From NCBI RefSeq assembly GCF_001194135.2, contig NC_068984.1:99350994-99394217 (forward strand): 43,224 nt of DNA. Reading direction: 5' to 3'. Both the position numbers and the translations under genes were made by a program. Below are positions 11,771-24,276 of this stretch, in pieces. The notes beneath the pieces were generated by a model. The model worked only from the letters and a program-made list of their open reading frames with translations. It was not told the DNA's origin and searched no databases. The DNA is from Octopus bimaculoides. Taxonomy: Eukaryota. The first letter of the stretch is position 1, and every line of letters starts with the position of its first letter.

Positions 11771-13584
11771 CTATCTACCAGCTGAAAATGATACTGGTGT
11801 TACTCAAGAGCCTAGTGTTTCGTTTTAACATACTTATCAAACTTTGTAATGTGTTTTGGCACGAAGCTATTGATAAAAAAAATCACACACACACTCTCTC
11901 TCTCTCTCTCTCTCTCTCTCGTATTACACACGCTTGCACCGAAATGTTTTTGTGTGCGTTTGATGAGTGTGTGATGTATATCGTTTTCGATGTAGGGAAA
12001 GTAAGCAAACGGGAAAAGAAATATAAAGAGAATCAGTTTCAGTTATTGGTTTTCGTTCACCCTCATTTTGCCTGTCTTCTCTCTCTCTCTCTCTCTCTCT
12101 TTCTCTTTATTATACGCGTTACGTACATATGTGAGTGGGTGTTTGGGTGCATGCCTACATACCTGTACGCGTATTTGTTTGTGCACTTGTATGTGTGCAT
12201 GCGAGTACGAATGTGCTGGCTGTAATGCTATTTACATATACCACCACCTGATGAACTGACAGACTATTACATTGCACACGCACACACATATACACACAGA
12301 CAGATAAGATACGCACTGATGGGTGCAAGCATTCAGACGTGTGAACGTCACATAATGAGAGCTGTATACATGCGCATTCTGACACACACACACACATTTA
12401 TGAACGTTGATGCGCGCGCAGTGAATTATTGCGGTGCAATCAGGCAGACGTGTCCACAAGTACGTGCACAGCCACACGCATACGACTGCTGACACGCGCA
12501 CGACACTCTGCGTTACAGATAGACGCAGGCACGTATTCGCGCGCGCCAATACTACACATACACTAATACACACACCTGCTTGCTTTCCCTCGGATCTTCC
12601 CACTTGATAGCTTCACTCTTTTCTTTCTGCCTGTCTCTGTATCTGTGTCTATTTGTGTGTCTATCTTTGTATATATTTTCATGTCTATCTATCAACACAC
12701 ACACACGCACGCGTACGCGCGCGCACACATGTGTGTGCATGTGAATGTATATGTAATTTTACATCCGCTTTCCGTAATGGCATGGATTGGACAGTTCGTT
12801 ACAGTTTGAGTCAATATATGTAATAAATATATAAATATTTGTCTATCTATCTATCTATCTATACTTTTGTGTATATGTGTGCATGTGCGTATGCGCGCGC
12901 GCGTTTGTATGTTTGAGACAGTTATTGTATTTATGAGAGTCTATATATTTCTGTATGATAGTTTCAAAATGTATGTGTGTCTGTGTATGTATGTGTGAAA
13001 CAATTGTCAATGTATGCAAGTGAGAGACTATTTCTGTAAATAAGTCTTTTAATATGTATATATATGTGTATGTATGTGTGGAATAATTATGCAAAGCGAG
13101 GAGATGGTGAGTGGTGAGTGACATGGTTGGAAGAGATAAGATCGCTTTATCAGGGTAAACCAGCCGAAGATGGTCTATTGAAGTTATTTAGCTCCAGCTT
13201 ATATCCGATCAAGTACACCTATAATAAAAGACTGACCAACCATGAACGTTCCATCTTTTGGTGATATCCAGGTCTACATTGTCTAGTATATCGTTTTTTA
13301 ATTTTTTTTTCTTTTCTTATAAAGAGGATAAAAGAGGTTGGGATAGTTTGGCTGCCATTTCTCACAGTAAGCATGTAAACACTCCTTCATTGGCTTGGTG
13401 CCAATGGAACAGATATAAAAGACAGCAATATCAAGGTGATAGTTGATAGTTCCTGCTCCTAATATTAACCCCATTAACCTGCGATAATGAGATATCTAAT
13501 AACATCTACCCTGTATTATCTAAATAGCTGAGATTAATTATTGTTAATAAGTTGATCATTTTTGCAGACAAAGTAACTGTTTTT

Positions 13585-13750
13585 AGAAGATGTGTGTGGC
13601 TCTATGGTAAGAAGTTTGCTTTCAAACCTCATGGTTTCAGGTTCAGTTCCACTGCATAGTAGCTTGGACAAACATCATCTACTGTGGCCCTGAGCTGCCC
13701 TAAGCTTTGCGGATGGATTGGGTAGACTGAAACTGAAAGAAGCAGAGAAG
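13585..13750 (+). mobile_element. SINE family B, 5' half (ends at N-gap)
   Basis: GTGGCTCTATGGTAAGAAGTTTGCTTT...GGTTCAGTTCCACTG...GGATTGGGTAGACTGAAACTGAAAGAAGC. Confidence 0.7.
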
Positions 13751-14289
13751 CTTTATATATNNNNNNNNNNNNNNNNNNNNNNNNNNNNNNNNNNNNNNNN
13801 NNNNNNNNNNNNNNNNNNNNNNNNNNNNNNNNNNNNNNNNNNNNNNNNNNNNNNNNNNNNNNNNNNNNNNNNNNNNNNNNNNNNNNNNNNNNNNNNNNNN
13901 NNNNNNNNATATATATATATATATATAAACAAATGGTAAATGAGTATATGCATATATACGTACAGGTATGTGCATACCGACATCCACCTGTATGTATAGG
14001 TGCATATCTGGGTACAGGACATTGCAAACAAAACAGAGACGAGAAAATACACAAGCCACATAGAGAACATTCTACTTCATCAGCTACCTCCGTTTTAACA
14101 CCGGCGTTTCGAAGAGCTAGTCAGGACGCATCGTTAAAACAGCTCTTCCCATGGACCGCAAATTAAATTTGTATACACAAATTAAATCTTGCCATGGAGG
14201 AATGTTGTGGCAGACAAAAAACAAGACAGGAAAACAAACAGAAAAGGCTTTACGGCCAGACATGAAAATGAGATGACAAAGAAATAAAC

Positions 14290-14462
14290 GATTGTCTTAT
14301 GAACTTCATTATCTTACAGCTGTTTCTGTTATACAATGCAGTGGACTCACTTCCTATTCAAGGGTCTAATGAAACTATAAAGTATGCGCAGACACTCAAC
14401 TATGAGTCCACTACATCTTATAGCTGAAACAGGTGTAAGTTAATGAGGTTCATAAGATAGTC
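14290..14462. repeat. 60-bp imperfect inverted repeat with 53-nt loop, probably a PLE terminal-repeat relic
   Basis: 14290-14349 versus the reverse complement of 14403-14462 matches at 50/60 by my count. The arms contain GAAAC-AGCT/AGGT-GTA hammerhead 3'-half motifs. Confidence 0.75.
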
Positions 14463-16204
14463 ATTTACTCCTTTGTCATCTTATTTTCTTATTACTGCCC
14501 TGTACTTGACTAACGCTTTGTTGTGAAGCATATGTATACTGAGTTCTGCACCAGGTTATTTGTATCAGAATGCCTGAGCAAAATATTAAATGCTATATAT
14601 ATATATATATATATATATATAATGTGTGTATATGTGTGTTACTGCCCCCTTGCCTTGACATCACATGATAGTTATAAAAGAAGTGTTATCATGATGCAAA
14701 GGTTGTTCAATCTTTTGTGGAAACATGTCCAGGCATAGAGAAATTATACCTTATCTGGAGACAAGAAGGGTATCTGGCTGAAGAAAATCTGCCTGAACCA
14801 AATTCCATCTGAACATGCAAAACTGGATTTAAACTGATGATGATGGTGATGATAAATATATCACAAGAGAAGGTGACTCTCTCTCTCTCTCTCGTTGCCA
14901 ATCCTCATAAGATGTCTTATTCCTTGATGCCTTCTAAATTCAAATCCCACTGAGATCAAGTTCACCTGTCAGCCTTCCTGGGTTGATAACTACCAGTCAA
15001 GAGTAGTAGTAAACTGATGGAATCATTAGACCATAGGATGAGATGCCTTGCATACTTGTTCCATTTCTTTGTGTTCTATATTCAAATCCCACCATGGGTT
15101 AAATGGTCGGAATTTTAATCCGTCAGCCAGTTTAACAACCTTGTCTGGTTGGGCCAGGTTTGTGGTTTGAAGATACCTTCCTCCCTTTCACCAGCCTTGG
15201 AGGCACTAAAAAGGATCAAAATCACTATTCTTTTTCCCCTCCATATTAAGCAATAACAAAACAAAATCTCTGTAGACTCTTTGTTGTTGATGTTGTTTAA
15301 TGCCAGATTAGTCCTGATCAAACAAACCTACAATCAAACATGTTCTATTTGTGACCACCCCATCTAGTTTTCATACATTGCATATCTTATACTATGTTAT
15401 TCAGTATTTCCTTTCTATTTTAAAATGAAAATATGCTGTTTACATGGATTCCCATAACTGTCTGTTGCCATCCAAATCAGTTTTCATGGATTTGAATTGA
15501 GAGCTTGAGTCATAGTGAATCTTTCATGAGATAATTACACAACCATGGACACCAACCCTATAGATGCATTGCAGTTACTCTCTTGATAGAGGTTGGGGAT
15601 CCTGACCATTGATCTTTTAGGATTCCTCTACACAGCATTAATGTAAGAAGCGCCATTGGCTCAGTTGAGCTTTTAAGCTACCTCTTCACAATCGGCCATG
15701 CCGCAGTCCCATGACTTCACCATATCCCTAGTAGGATGGTTGAATGGGTGCTATGCCTTGCCAAAGAGCAGACTGTAACTATGCAGGGTATGGTTGTCAT
15801 CCCTTGTGTAACTGGAGTAATTGGAGGGAGTTTTGGCTGATGTTTCTATCATGCTGAATTTCTGCTCATGTGTGGTGCGTGACTGAGTAGATCTGCTGTG
15901 TCAACAATGTATTGCTGGTGATGTGTAGAATTACAAGAGAGAACAATGCTCTTGTGTGGTAGATGTGTTGTAGACTAAGTAGAGGCAATGGTATCAATGC
16001 ATGTTCAGGTAACAAGCACAAACGTTTTACCCAGAGATTTACACCAAACTTGGAAGGTGATGATACCCTTTCAAACAGTAACTGAATTTATTACAACTAC
16101 CTCATCCATGGAGTCTTAAATTTTCTTTGATACATCACTAAACATACTGAGGTTGATTATGGCCTTCTCATCCACAAATTTGGGCTCAGTAATAATAATA
16201 ATAA

Positions 16205-18455
16205 TTCTTTCTACTATAGCCACAAGGACAGGAAATTGGGGTGGCGATGGGGGCAAGTTGATTTACATTGACCCCAGTGCTTGACTGATACTTGCTTTAT
16301 TGACTCCACAAAAGCATGAACGGCAAAGTTGATCTTGGCAGAATTTAAACTCAGAATGTAAAGACAGCCAAAATATTGCTATGCATTTTGCCTGGCAAGA
16401 TATTGATTCTGCCAGCTAAATGATAAAATGGTGCTAAACATTTTTGAAAACAATTCTTTCAGCCCATTGACTTAATTATGATGATGATGATAATAATAAT
16501 GGTTTCAAATTTTGGCACAAGGCCAGCAATTTGGGGTGTGGAGTAAGTCAATTACATCATCCCCAGTACTCAACTGGTTCTTATTTTATTGATCCTGAAT
16601 GAAAGGCAAAGCTGACCATGGCAGAATTTGAACTCAGAACATAAAGACAGATGAAATGCTGCTGGCACAGTAAAAATTCTGCCAGCTAACTCTCTTTTTA
16701 AAAAAAAAATGATGCTAAACGTTTTGTCTGATGTGCTTAGGATTCTGTCAGCCACCTAGCCTAATAATAATAGTAACAATTTCAAATTTTGGTAGCAGGC
16801 CTGCAATTTTGAGAGAGGCAGAAGTTGATTACATCAACCCCAGTGCTCAGCTGGTACTTATTTTATCAACAGACGAAAGGATAAAGGTAAATTCAATCAC
16901 AGGGGAATCTTAATTCTGAATATAAAGAACCAGAAGAAATGCTGCTCAACATTTTGTTCAACGCCAGTTCACTGGCTTAATAATAATAAAGATAATTATC
17001 ATCAATACCATCATTACTATTAACCTCTTAATAAACAATCAGTTAGCAAGAATAATAAGCAATAAAGATGCACAGTCTCAGAAACATAACTTTCATCTTT
17101 TACTTGTTTGTCATTGGACTAGTCATGCTGGGGAACCACCTTGACACATTTAGTCAGACAAATCAACTCTGGTAGTTATTTTTAAGCTTGGTACTTATTC
17201 TGTCTGGTTCTTTTGCCAAACCAATATGTAAACAAACCAACACTGGTTGTCAAGTGGTGTTGGTGGAGAACAAATACAAACACACACACATATATAAATA
17301 TGTATGTATACATACACATGATGGGTTTCTTTCAGTTTCATTCTGCCAAATCCATTCATGAGACTTTGATTGACTTGAGGCTATAATAGAAGACATTTTC
17401 CCAAGAAGCTGTGCAGTGGGATTGAACCCAAGACCACATGATTAGGAAGCAAGCTTCTTTACCACACAACCATACCTGCACCTAAATTATGTTGAGGGGA
17501 CTTATTTTCTTGACTCCATAAATATAAATAGCAAAGTCAATGTTCCTGAGATTTGAACTCAATAGCTAAGGAAAGGTAACTAAATACTGCATAGCACATA
17601 ATCTGTTGATTTATTGATTCCATCACACCACTGTCTTTAATTAATAATAATGTTATTAATTATTTCATTAATCAATGATAATATTGATTTCAAATTTTGG
17701 CAGAAAGCCACTAATTTTGGGACAGTGGGTAAGTTGATTACATCCCATGTGCTTATTTTATTGACCCAAGAGGATGAAAGGCAAATTTGACCTCAGCAGA
17801 ATTTGAACTCAAAACGTAAAGACAGATGAAATGCCACTAAGCATTTTGCCCAGCGTGCTAACAATCCTGCCAGCTCACCACCTTATAGTAATGGTTTCAA
17901 TTTTTGGCACAAGTCCAGCATTTTTAGGAGAGTGACTAAGTCGATTAGGTCATCCCCAGTGCTCAACTGGTACTTATTTTATCAATCCCAAAAAGATGAA
18001 AGGCAAAGTTGACCTTGGAATTTGAACTCAGAAAGTAAAGACAGATGAAATACCACCAAGCATTTTGCCTGGTGTACGAACAGTTCTTCCAGCTTGCTGC
18101 CTCATCAATGATAATAATAGTATTTCTCATTTAGGCCAGAGGCTAACAGTTTTGATGGGGTGAAGTTCATTGATTACATGAACACCACTACTTGGCTCAT
18201 CATTATCCTCATCATTTAACGTCCATCTTCCATGCTGGCATGGGTTGGACGGTTTGACATATGCTGTCAAGCCAGAGAACTGCACCAGGCTACATTGTCT
18301 GATTTGGCAAGGTTTCTATGGCTGGATGCCCTTATCCTGAAAAGATGAAGTAAGCTGACCCTGGCAAGATTTGAATTCAAAATGTAAAGATCTGAAACAA
18401 ATACTGCATGACATTTTATCCAACATTCTAATGAGTTTACCGATCTACTACTTCA
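16205..18455 (-). mobile_element. Dense SINE cluster: about six family A copies, one family B copy (17097-17482) and one family E fragment (18218-18335)
   Basis: Repeated reverse-complement cores (GGTACTTATTTTAT...GGATGAAAGGCAAAGTTGACC...GAATTTGAACTCAGAA...CTGCCAGCT) at about 16205-16398, 16501-16688, 16778-16976, 17689-17883, 17892-18098 and 18340-18455, separated by (TAA)n. Confidence 0.85.
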
Positions 18456-18490
18456 AATAGAATACTAATACTCCTTTCTATTAAAGGCAC

Positions 18491-19808
18491 AAGAATGAAA
18501 TGTCCAATTTTGAACTGAAAGTTTATTTTACTTTATCTCAACAAAAGCAATGCAGTTAATCAAGGTATGCACCTAAATTATTAACACAAATTTACCATTT
18601 TATTGGTAGCTTATTTATACTGGCAGCGAAGAATTCTGGAGAGCAAGAGGTGATGAAATCACAAGAGGTTGTTTTTGCATCTTCTTCAGATTTGAAGTTT
18701 TTCCTTGCAAAAAGTTGTCTAATGCCTGGAAAATCTGATAGTCAGTTGGTACACGGTCTAGTGAATATGGTGGATAACAGAGTACTTCGGAGTTCAGTTT
18801 CTGTAACTTGAGTAGCATTCTTTATGCAACATGTGGTTGAGATTTGTCTTGCAAGAGAATTAACTTGTCTCTGTTGACCAATTTCGGTTGTTTAATTGCA
18901 AGTTCACTCAGCATTTCATCCAATTGGTTGATGTATACATCTGCTGTAATTGACTTACCAGGTTTCATGAAGCTNNNNNNNNNNTATACATCTGCTGTAA
19001 TTGACTTACCAGGTTTCATGAAGCTGTAGTGGATGACACCAGTGCTGGACCACCAAACAGACACCATTAGCTTTTTTTAGTGAATATTCTTTACTGGTTT
19101 GTGTTTCAGCACTTCGTCTCTATCCAACCACTGTGCAGAACACTCACTACTGTTGAAAAGAACCCATTTTTCATCACAGATAACAATATGATGCAAAAAT
19201 GGTTTGCTTTTATGCCATGGCAGCAAAGAACAGCAAGTTTCAAGATGACGTGTGTCATTTGATGCTTATCCAGTTCGTGTGGTACCCACTTGTCCAGCTT
19301 CTTTATCTTGCTGATTTGTTTCAGATTGTCCAATACAGTTGGAATTGAAACATCAAACCTTGCTGCTAACTCATGAATAGTTTGAGATGGATCCAATCCG
19401 TTTCCACTACAGTTTCCAGTTCATCATTATCCACCTTGGTCTCAGGTCTACCACGGGGCTGATTTTCAAGAGTAAAGTCACTAGACTGGAACTTCCTAAA
19501 CCATTGTCGTATAGGGTGCTCATTCACCACATCTTCACCAAACATCTCATTGATGTCTCAGGCTGTCTGGGATGCATTGGTTCCACAACAGAACTCATTC
19601 ATAAACAACACAAATTTTTGTTTACAAAAATTGATTTATAATAGAAAACTCACAATATAACCAGACACCATGAATTGCATTTTGAAAAGTGATGATGTAA
19701 CTCTTCAATGTTGTGAAACATAGAATTGTCAGGATAAAACATTAGAGTTAACGACTATCAAACTTGATGCATAAGAAAATCAGACATTTCATTCTTAATG
19801 ATCTAATA
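18491..19808 (-). mobile_element. Near full-length defective mariner (Tc1/mariner) DNA transposon, about 1.3 kb
   Basis: Broken transposase on minus: ...DINEMFGEDVVNE..IRQWFRKFQSSDFTLENQPRGRPETKVDNDEL..DPSQTIHELAARFDVS...KKLDKWVPHEL; VSVWWSSTGVIHYSFMKPGKSITADVY...LILLQD; YPPYSLDRVPTDYQIF. These match the WVPHEL and YSPDLAP motifs. TIR remnants AAGAATGAAATGTCCAATTTT (18491-18511) and AAAATCAGACATTTCATTCTT (19776-19796); terminal TA at 19807-19808. Confidence 0.92.
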
Positions 19809-20225
19809 CATAGTGATCACTCAAAAGTCACCTATGATTGATGTCTCCTTGTGCTCCCTTGTTGTCACTGGTATTTCTGACTTTCCTTTCATACCCTCTC
19901 AGATGACCATTCAGTGTTGTTCGTAGATCTGCAAAGTTTGAAGCATAGATGACCAACGAATGTTGTAACTTACTGTGCACTTCCATCTGTTTAGGTTTGT
20001 GCACATCACTGCTTTTCCTTTACCAAAGGACTTTCAGTAGTTGGAATGACAAATGAGGTCACCCCAAAGAGACATTTTTCATCATTGGATTTATAGTGAT
20101 AAACTCTTGTACAACATGAGCACTGCTCTTTGAGTCTTCATGATTAATACCTAGTGATAGGTTAAGTATGATGACCAGTAACTGCGTGAAACCCCAGATT
20201 TTACATCTCATTGTCCCTTTTCTAG

Positions 20226-20298
20226 AAGAACACTATGACAACAGCTTCGAGTCTCTCACTCCCAGTGGTTTTACTACATGCTCTGGCCCTGACCACAG
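20226..20298 (+). other. Candidate exon encoding a signal-peptide-like N-terminus (ATG 20235)
   Basis: Acceptor TTGTCCCTTTTCTAG| and donor CAG|GTATTT. Encodes MTTASSLSLPVVLLHALALTT plus a phase-1 G. No homology recognised. Confidence 0.25.
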
Positions 20299-20526
20299 GT
20301 ATTTCTGCATCGCCACATTCAGATATTTTGGGAGTTCCAGGGATTTTAGGAGTGTGGAACTATGTCTTAACTACTATTGCATCCATACATATACATGCAT
20401 ATATACATTTACACATACATACACTCATATACATACATTCACAGACATGTACATACATGTGTGTGTATTTGTATATATACATATGTGTGTATATGCACTC
20501 TATCTTTTAATATATAGTACCATTTA

Positions 20527-20705
20527 AAATGGTGAGCTGGCAGAATCAGTAGCACTCTAGGCAAAATGCTTAAGTGGCATTTCATCTGTTTTCGTGTTCT
20601 GAGGTTGACTTTGTCTTTCTTCCTTTCGGGGTGGATAAAATAAGTTTCAGTTGAGCACTAGGGTCAAAATAATTGAATTGCTGGCCTTGTGCCAAAATGT
20701 GAAAG
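20527..20705 (+). mobile_element. SINE family A
   Basis: GGTGAGCTGGCAGAATCAGTAGC head, then GAGGTTGACTTTGTCTTTCTTCCTTTCGGGGTGGATAAAATAAGT core. Confidence 0.8.
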
Positions 20706-21239
20706 AAATATATAATACCATTTGATTTCTTGGTGATTTGCAATATCCAAACCTGTATGTCTTTGTCCAGTTTATTTGAAGTTTTAAAATACGTTCCTTC
20801 CTAAAAACATTTGTCAATTTGTAAAAGAATATCATTGGTGGTGGTGGTGATAGTGGTAGTAATAGTAGTAATAATAACAACTAGCTGTACCTGTGGAAAT
20901 TCCACAGTTATTTTCCAAACTGTAAGTTGGTTGGAATTTATAAAGAATCATGAAATATGTAATTTCTTTTGGAATTGTATTTTGTTTGAAATAGCTGATT
21001 CTTTTAGATGATGTAAAAGTTCATATAGGTGGTATTGAAGCTGCAGTCTTAGGAGACAACATCTTTGAAAGTTATATTCTTGCTATATGCTGTCACTTCT
21101 TATATCCCAAGAGTCGTTATCTGTTATTTTCCACTTTTCTTCAAGAACTAAGCAATCTTAAGTCTGGATGGAAATTAAAGGCATAATTTAGCCATAATAA
21201 TAATATTCTGCTACAGTATGATTACTTTCTATTTTTTTT

Positions 21240-21615
21240 ACTTGTTTTAGTCATTGAGCTGTGACCATGCTGGGGCATCACTTTGAAGGGTTAGTCTTTC
21301 AAATCAGCCATAGTATTAATTTTAAGTTTGGTACTTATTCTATAGTTCTCTTTTCGCCAAACTGTTAAATTACCAGAACATTAACAAACCAGCAATGGTT
21401 GTGAAGCAGTGGAGGTGGTGACAAACATAAACACACACACATACATTTATCATTATATCATGGGCATCCACAGAATTTCCATTTGACAAATTCACTCACA
21501 AGGCGTTGGTCAGCCTGGCATTAGAAGTCATTTACCAATAATGACATGCACTGGAAATGAACCTGAAACCATTTAGTTGCAAAACAAGTTTCTTAACAAT
21601 ACAGCCATACCTGCA
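21240..21615 (-). mobile_element. SINE family B
   Basis: Same ordered motifs as 3464-3780 and 17097-17482. Confidence 0.75.
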
Positions 21616-21934
21616 ACGGTGTATTATGTCGTTATTTTCATGTCATGGAAAAGTTCATATGGCTAGACTTCAACACACAGTCCTAGCTGCACCACTGAGC
21701 TGTGAATTCTAAAAAACATACAAGTAATGCAAGCACAGGAATTTCTGTATATTTAAAGTTTACTTCACAATCATGTGGTCCTGGGTTCAGTCCCTCTGAA
21801 ATCACCTTGGCCAAATGTCCTCTATTATAGCTTTGGGTTGGTTAATACTTTGAGTGAAATTTGGTAGACAGTGACTATAATGGAAGTTCATCATGTTTGT
21901 ACATGTATGTAAAGATATATATATTATATTAAAA

Positions 21935-22265
21935 GTGTAAAGACCCCCTTTGGTCATGAATGACCATGAGATTACATCCAGAAAGTTCCCCTCTGAGGCA
22001 CAAGTCTGGGCAAGGTTATTTCTGAAAAACCATCAGTAACCCATGCCTCACCTTTCCACACCACTAATGTTGTCCAAGGGAAAAACAAAGGCCAATGCAG
22101 CTTGGTACTAGTGACATTGCAACTTATTTCTACAGCTTAGTGAACTGGAATAATGTGAAATAAAGTTCCTTGTTCAAGAATACAACACACAGCTCAGTTC
22201 AGGAAGTGAACTCACAGCCTCACAATTGTAAGCCCAACATCCTAACCACTAAGCAAAGTGTCTTC
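21935..22265 (-). mobile_element. tRNA-derived SINE family C
   Basis: GTGTAAAGACCCCCTTTGGTCATGAATGACCATG...CTTGTTCAAGAATACAACAC...GAACTCACAGCCTCA...CTAACCACTAAGC is the reverse complement of a tRNA head with A/B boxes. Confidence 0.7.
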
Positions 22266-22317
22266 AATTTATAGCAAAAAGGATCAACTGTCCTTCCTGA
22301 ACTGTAGGTTCATAAGA

Positions 22318-22495
22318 CTGGTTTCCCAAATTTTGTTATGTGTATATTCCTCACTGGACAGGACACTGGTCTATTGCAAGATAATTCTTTTTTTTTGTTC
22401 AGCTCAAGAAAACAATGCATCACCCAGTTCAGGAATCGAAACCACAATCTTATGATCATGAGTCCAACACCCTAGCCACTAAGCCAAGCACTTTC
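22318..22495 (-). mobile_element. SINE family D
   Basis: GCTCAAGAAAACAATGCATCACCCAG..GGAATCGAAACCACAATCTTATGATCATGAG...CCACTAAGCC; reverse relative of 6062-6305. Confidence 0.65.
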
Positions 22496-22846
22496 ACATG
22501 GGTGTACACACACACACACACACAAGTGTGTGTTTGAGTATATATATATATGTGTGTGTATATATATATATATGTATGTGTGTGTATATATATATATATA
22601 TATANNNNNNNNNNNNNNNNNNNNNNNNNNNNNNNNNNNNNNNNNNNNNNNNNNNNNNNNNNNNNNNNNNNNNNNNNNNNNNNNNNNNNNNNNNNNNNNN
22701 NNNNNNNNNNNNNNNNNNNNNNNNNNNNNNNNNNNNNNNNNNNNNNNNNNNNNNNNNNNNNNNNNNNNNNNNNNNNNNNNNNNNNNNNNNNNNNNNNNNN
22801 NNNNNNNNNNNNNNNNNNNNNNNNNNNNNNNNNNNNNNNNNNNNNN

Positions 22847-22919
<73 letters not shown>

Positions 22920-23518
22920 CCAAACTAAATTTAATATATTTATCAGTCAATTCTCTGACAAATAATATAAATTATTTATGTGAATAATACAAATGTTGTA
23001 GCCTTAAGATTATGTCTTCAATTTCTTTCCATAATTTATCTGTCAGCTGTCTTACAAATAATATAAATTTTGTCTTCAGTTGTGTTCCATAGTTACAGGA
23101 GATCAGCAAATATGAAAGGCTCACTTTAGTAGATGACAATTAATTGTACCAAAGCACATGCAATAAATGACAATTTAAAAAAAAATATTTCAGTAAAAGA
23201 AAACTAACCTTTTTGCTGTTTCCACCTTCATTAACCAATATCTGTACCAATAATGCCATTACCATTTTAACAACTACTACATACATTACATATATGTTAT
23301 ATACACTCATATATGTGCATACATATACACATAGATGTGTAAATGTATATGCATCTTTCCTCTTCTCCTTCCTCTCCCCACTTGCACACTGCTTTCCATT
23401 AAATATTGTTTCCTCTCTTTTTTCTCTCTCTCTCTCATTTTCCCTATGTTTTTGCTTCTCCCAACAGCTATCCATTTCACTGCATGACAAATGTAGGTAA
23501 ATTAGAATAATATTATAG

Positions 23519-23552
<34 letters not shown>

Positions 23553-23556
<4 letters not shown>

Positions 23557-23766
23557 TTCCACTATAGGCACAAGGTCTGAAATTTTAGTGGAGGGAGATA
23601 GTTGATTATATCAACCTTATTTCTCAACTGGTACTTACTTTATCAACCCAGAAAGAATGAAATGCAAAGTCAATTTTGGCAGAATTTGATCTCAGAATGT
23701 AAAGCTAGAAGAATTGTTACTAAATTTTTTATCTGGTGTGGTAATGATTCTGCCTGCTCACTGCCT
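23553..23766 (-). mobile_element. SINE family A with (TAA)n tail at about 23518-23555
   Basis: Reverse-complement family A core ending in CTGCCTGCTCACTGCC. Confidence 0.8.
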
Positions 23767-23879
23767 TAAATATATTAATAGTAGTAATATTAATAATTAT
23801 AATATTAATAATAGTAATAGTCTAACCCATGCCAGTATGGAGAGCACACATTAAATGATGTTGATGATGATGATTATGT

Positions 23880-24100
23880 GTGTGTGTCTGTGTTTGTCCC
23901 ACCACCATCACTTGACAACTGATGTTGGTGTGTTTACATCCCTGTAACTTAGTGGTTCGACAAAAGAGACCAATAAAATATGTGGCTTACAAAAATAAGT
24001 CCTGAGGTCTATTTGTGCAACTAAAATAAAAAAAATCTTTTAAGGTGATCCAGCATGGCCACAGTCAAATTACTGAAACAAGTAAAAGAATGAAAGAATA
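23880..24100 (+). mobile_element. SINE family B, 3' half
   Basis: GTGTTTGTCCC...CTTGACAACTGATG...GGTTCGACAAAAGAGACC...CCAGCATGGCCACAGTCAAAT.ACTGAAACAAGTAAAAG. Confidence 0.75.
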
Positions 24101-24224
24101 AAAGAAATATATTGAAATTGCAATGATTTTTGGTTAATAACGGATGAGGAATGAGCATGTCCACAACCTCTATGTATTTTGGTTTTCAGTATGTTTCTTC
24201 ATTGTCTTTATGTACAAGATTTTA

Positions 24225-24276
<52 letters not shown>

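Noticed and set aside
15540-16190. Non-repetitive, moderately GC-rich stretch possibly from an old RTE LINE
   Set aside because: No frame gave a confident motif match, so it is left unassigned.
18934-19025. Exact 41-bp direct duplication inside the mariner transposase
   Set aside because: The copies (18934-18974 and 18985-19025) flank a 10-N gap, so this is most likely an unmerged contig overlap.
21009-21186. 59-codon open frame containing GGIEAAVLG, reminiscent of aconitase GGIEAEAVMLG
   Set aside because: Short motif similarity only; the flanking residues do not fit.
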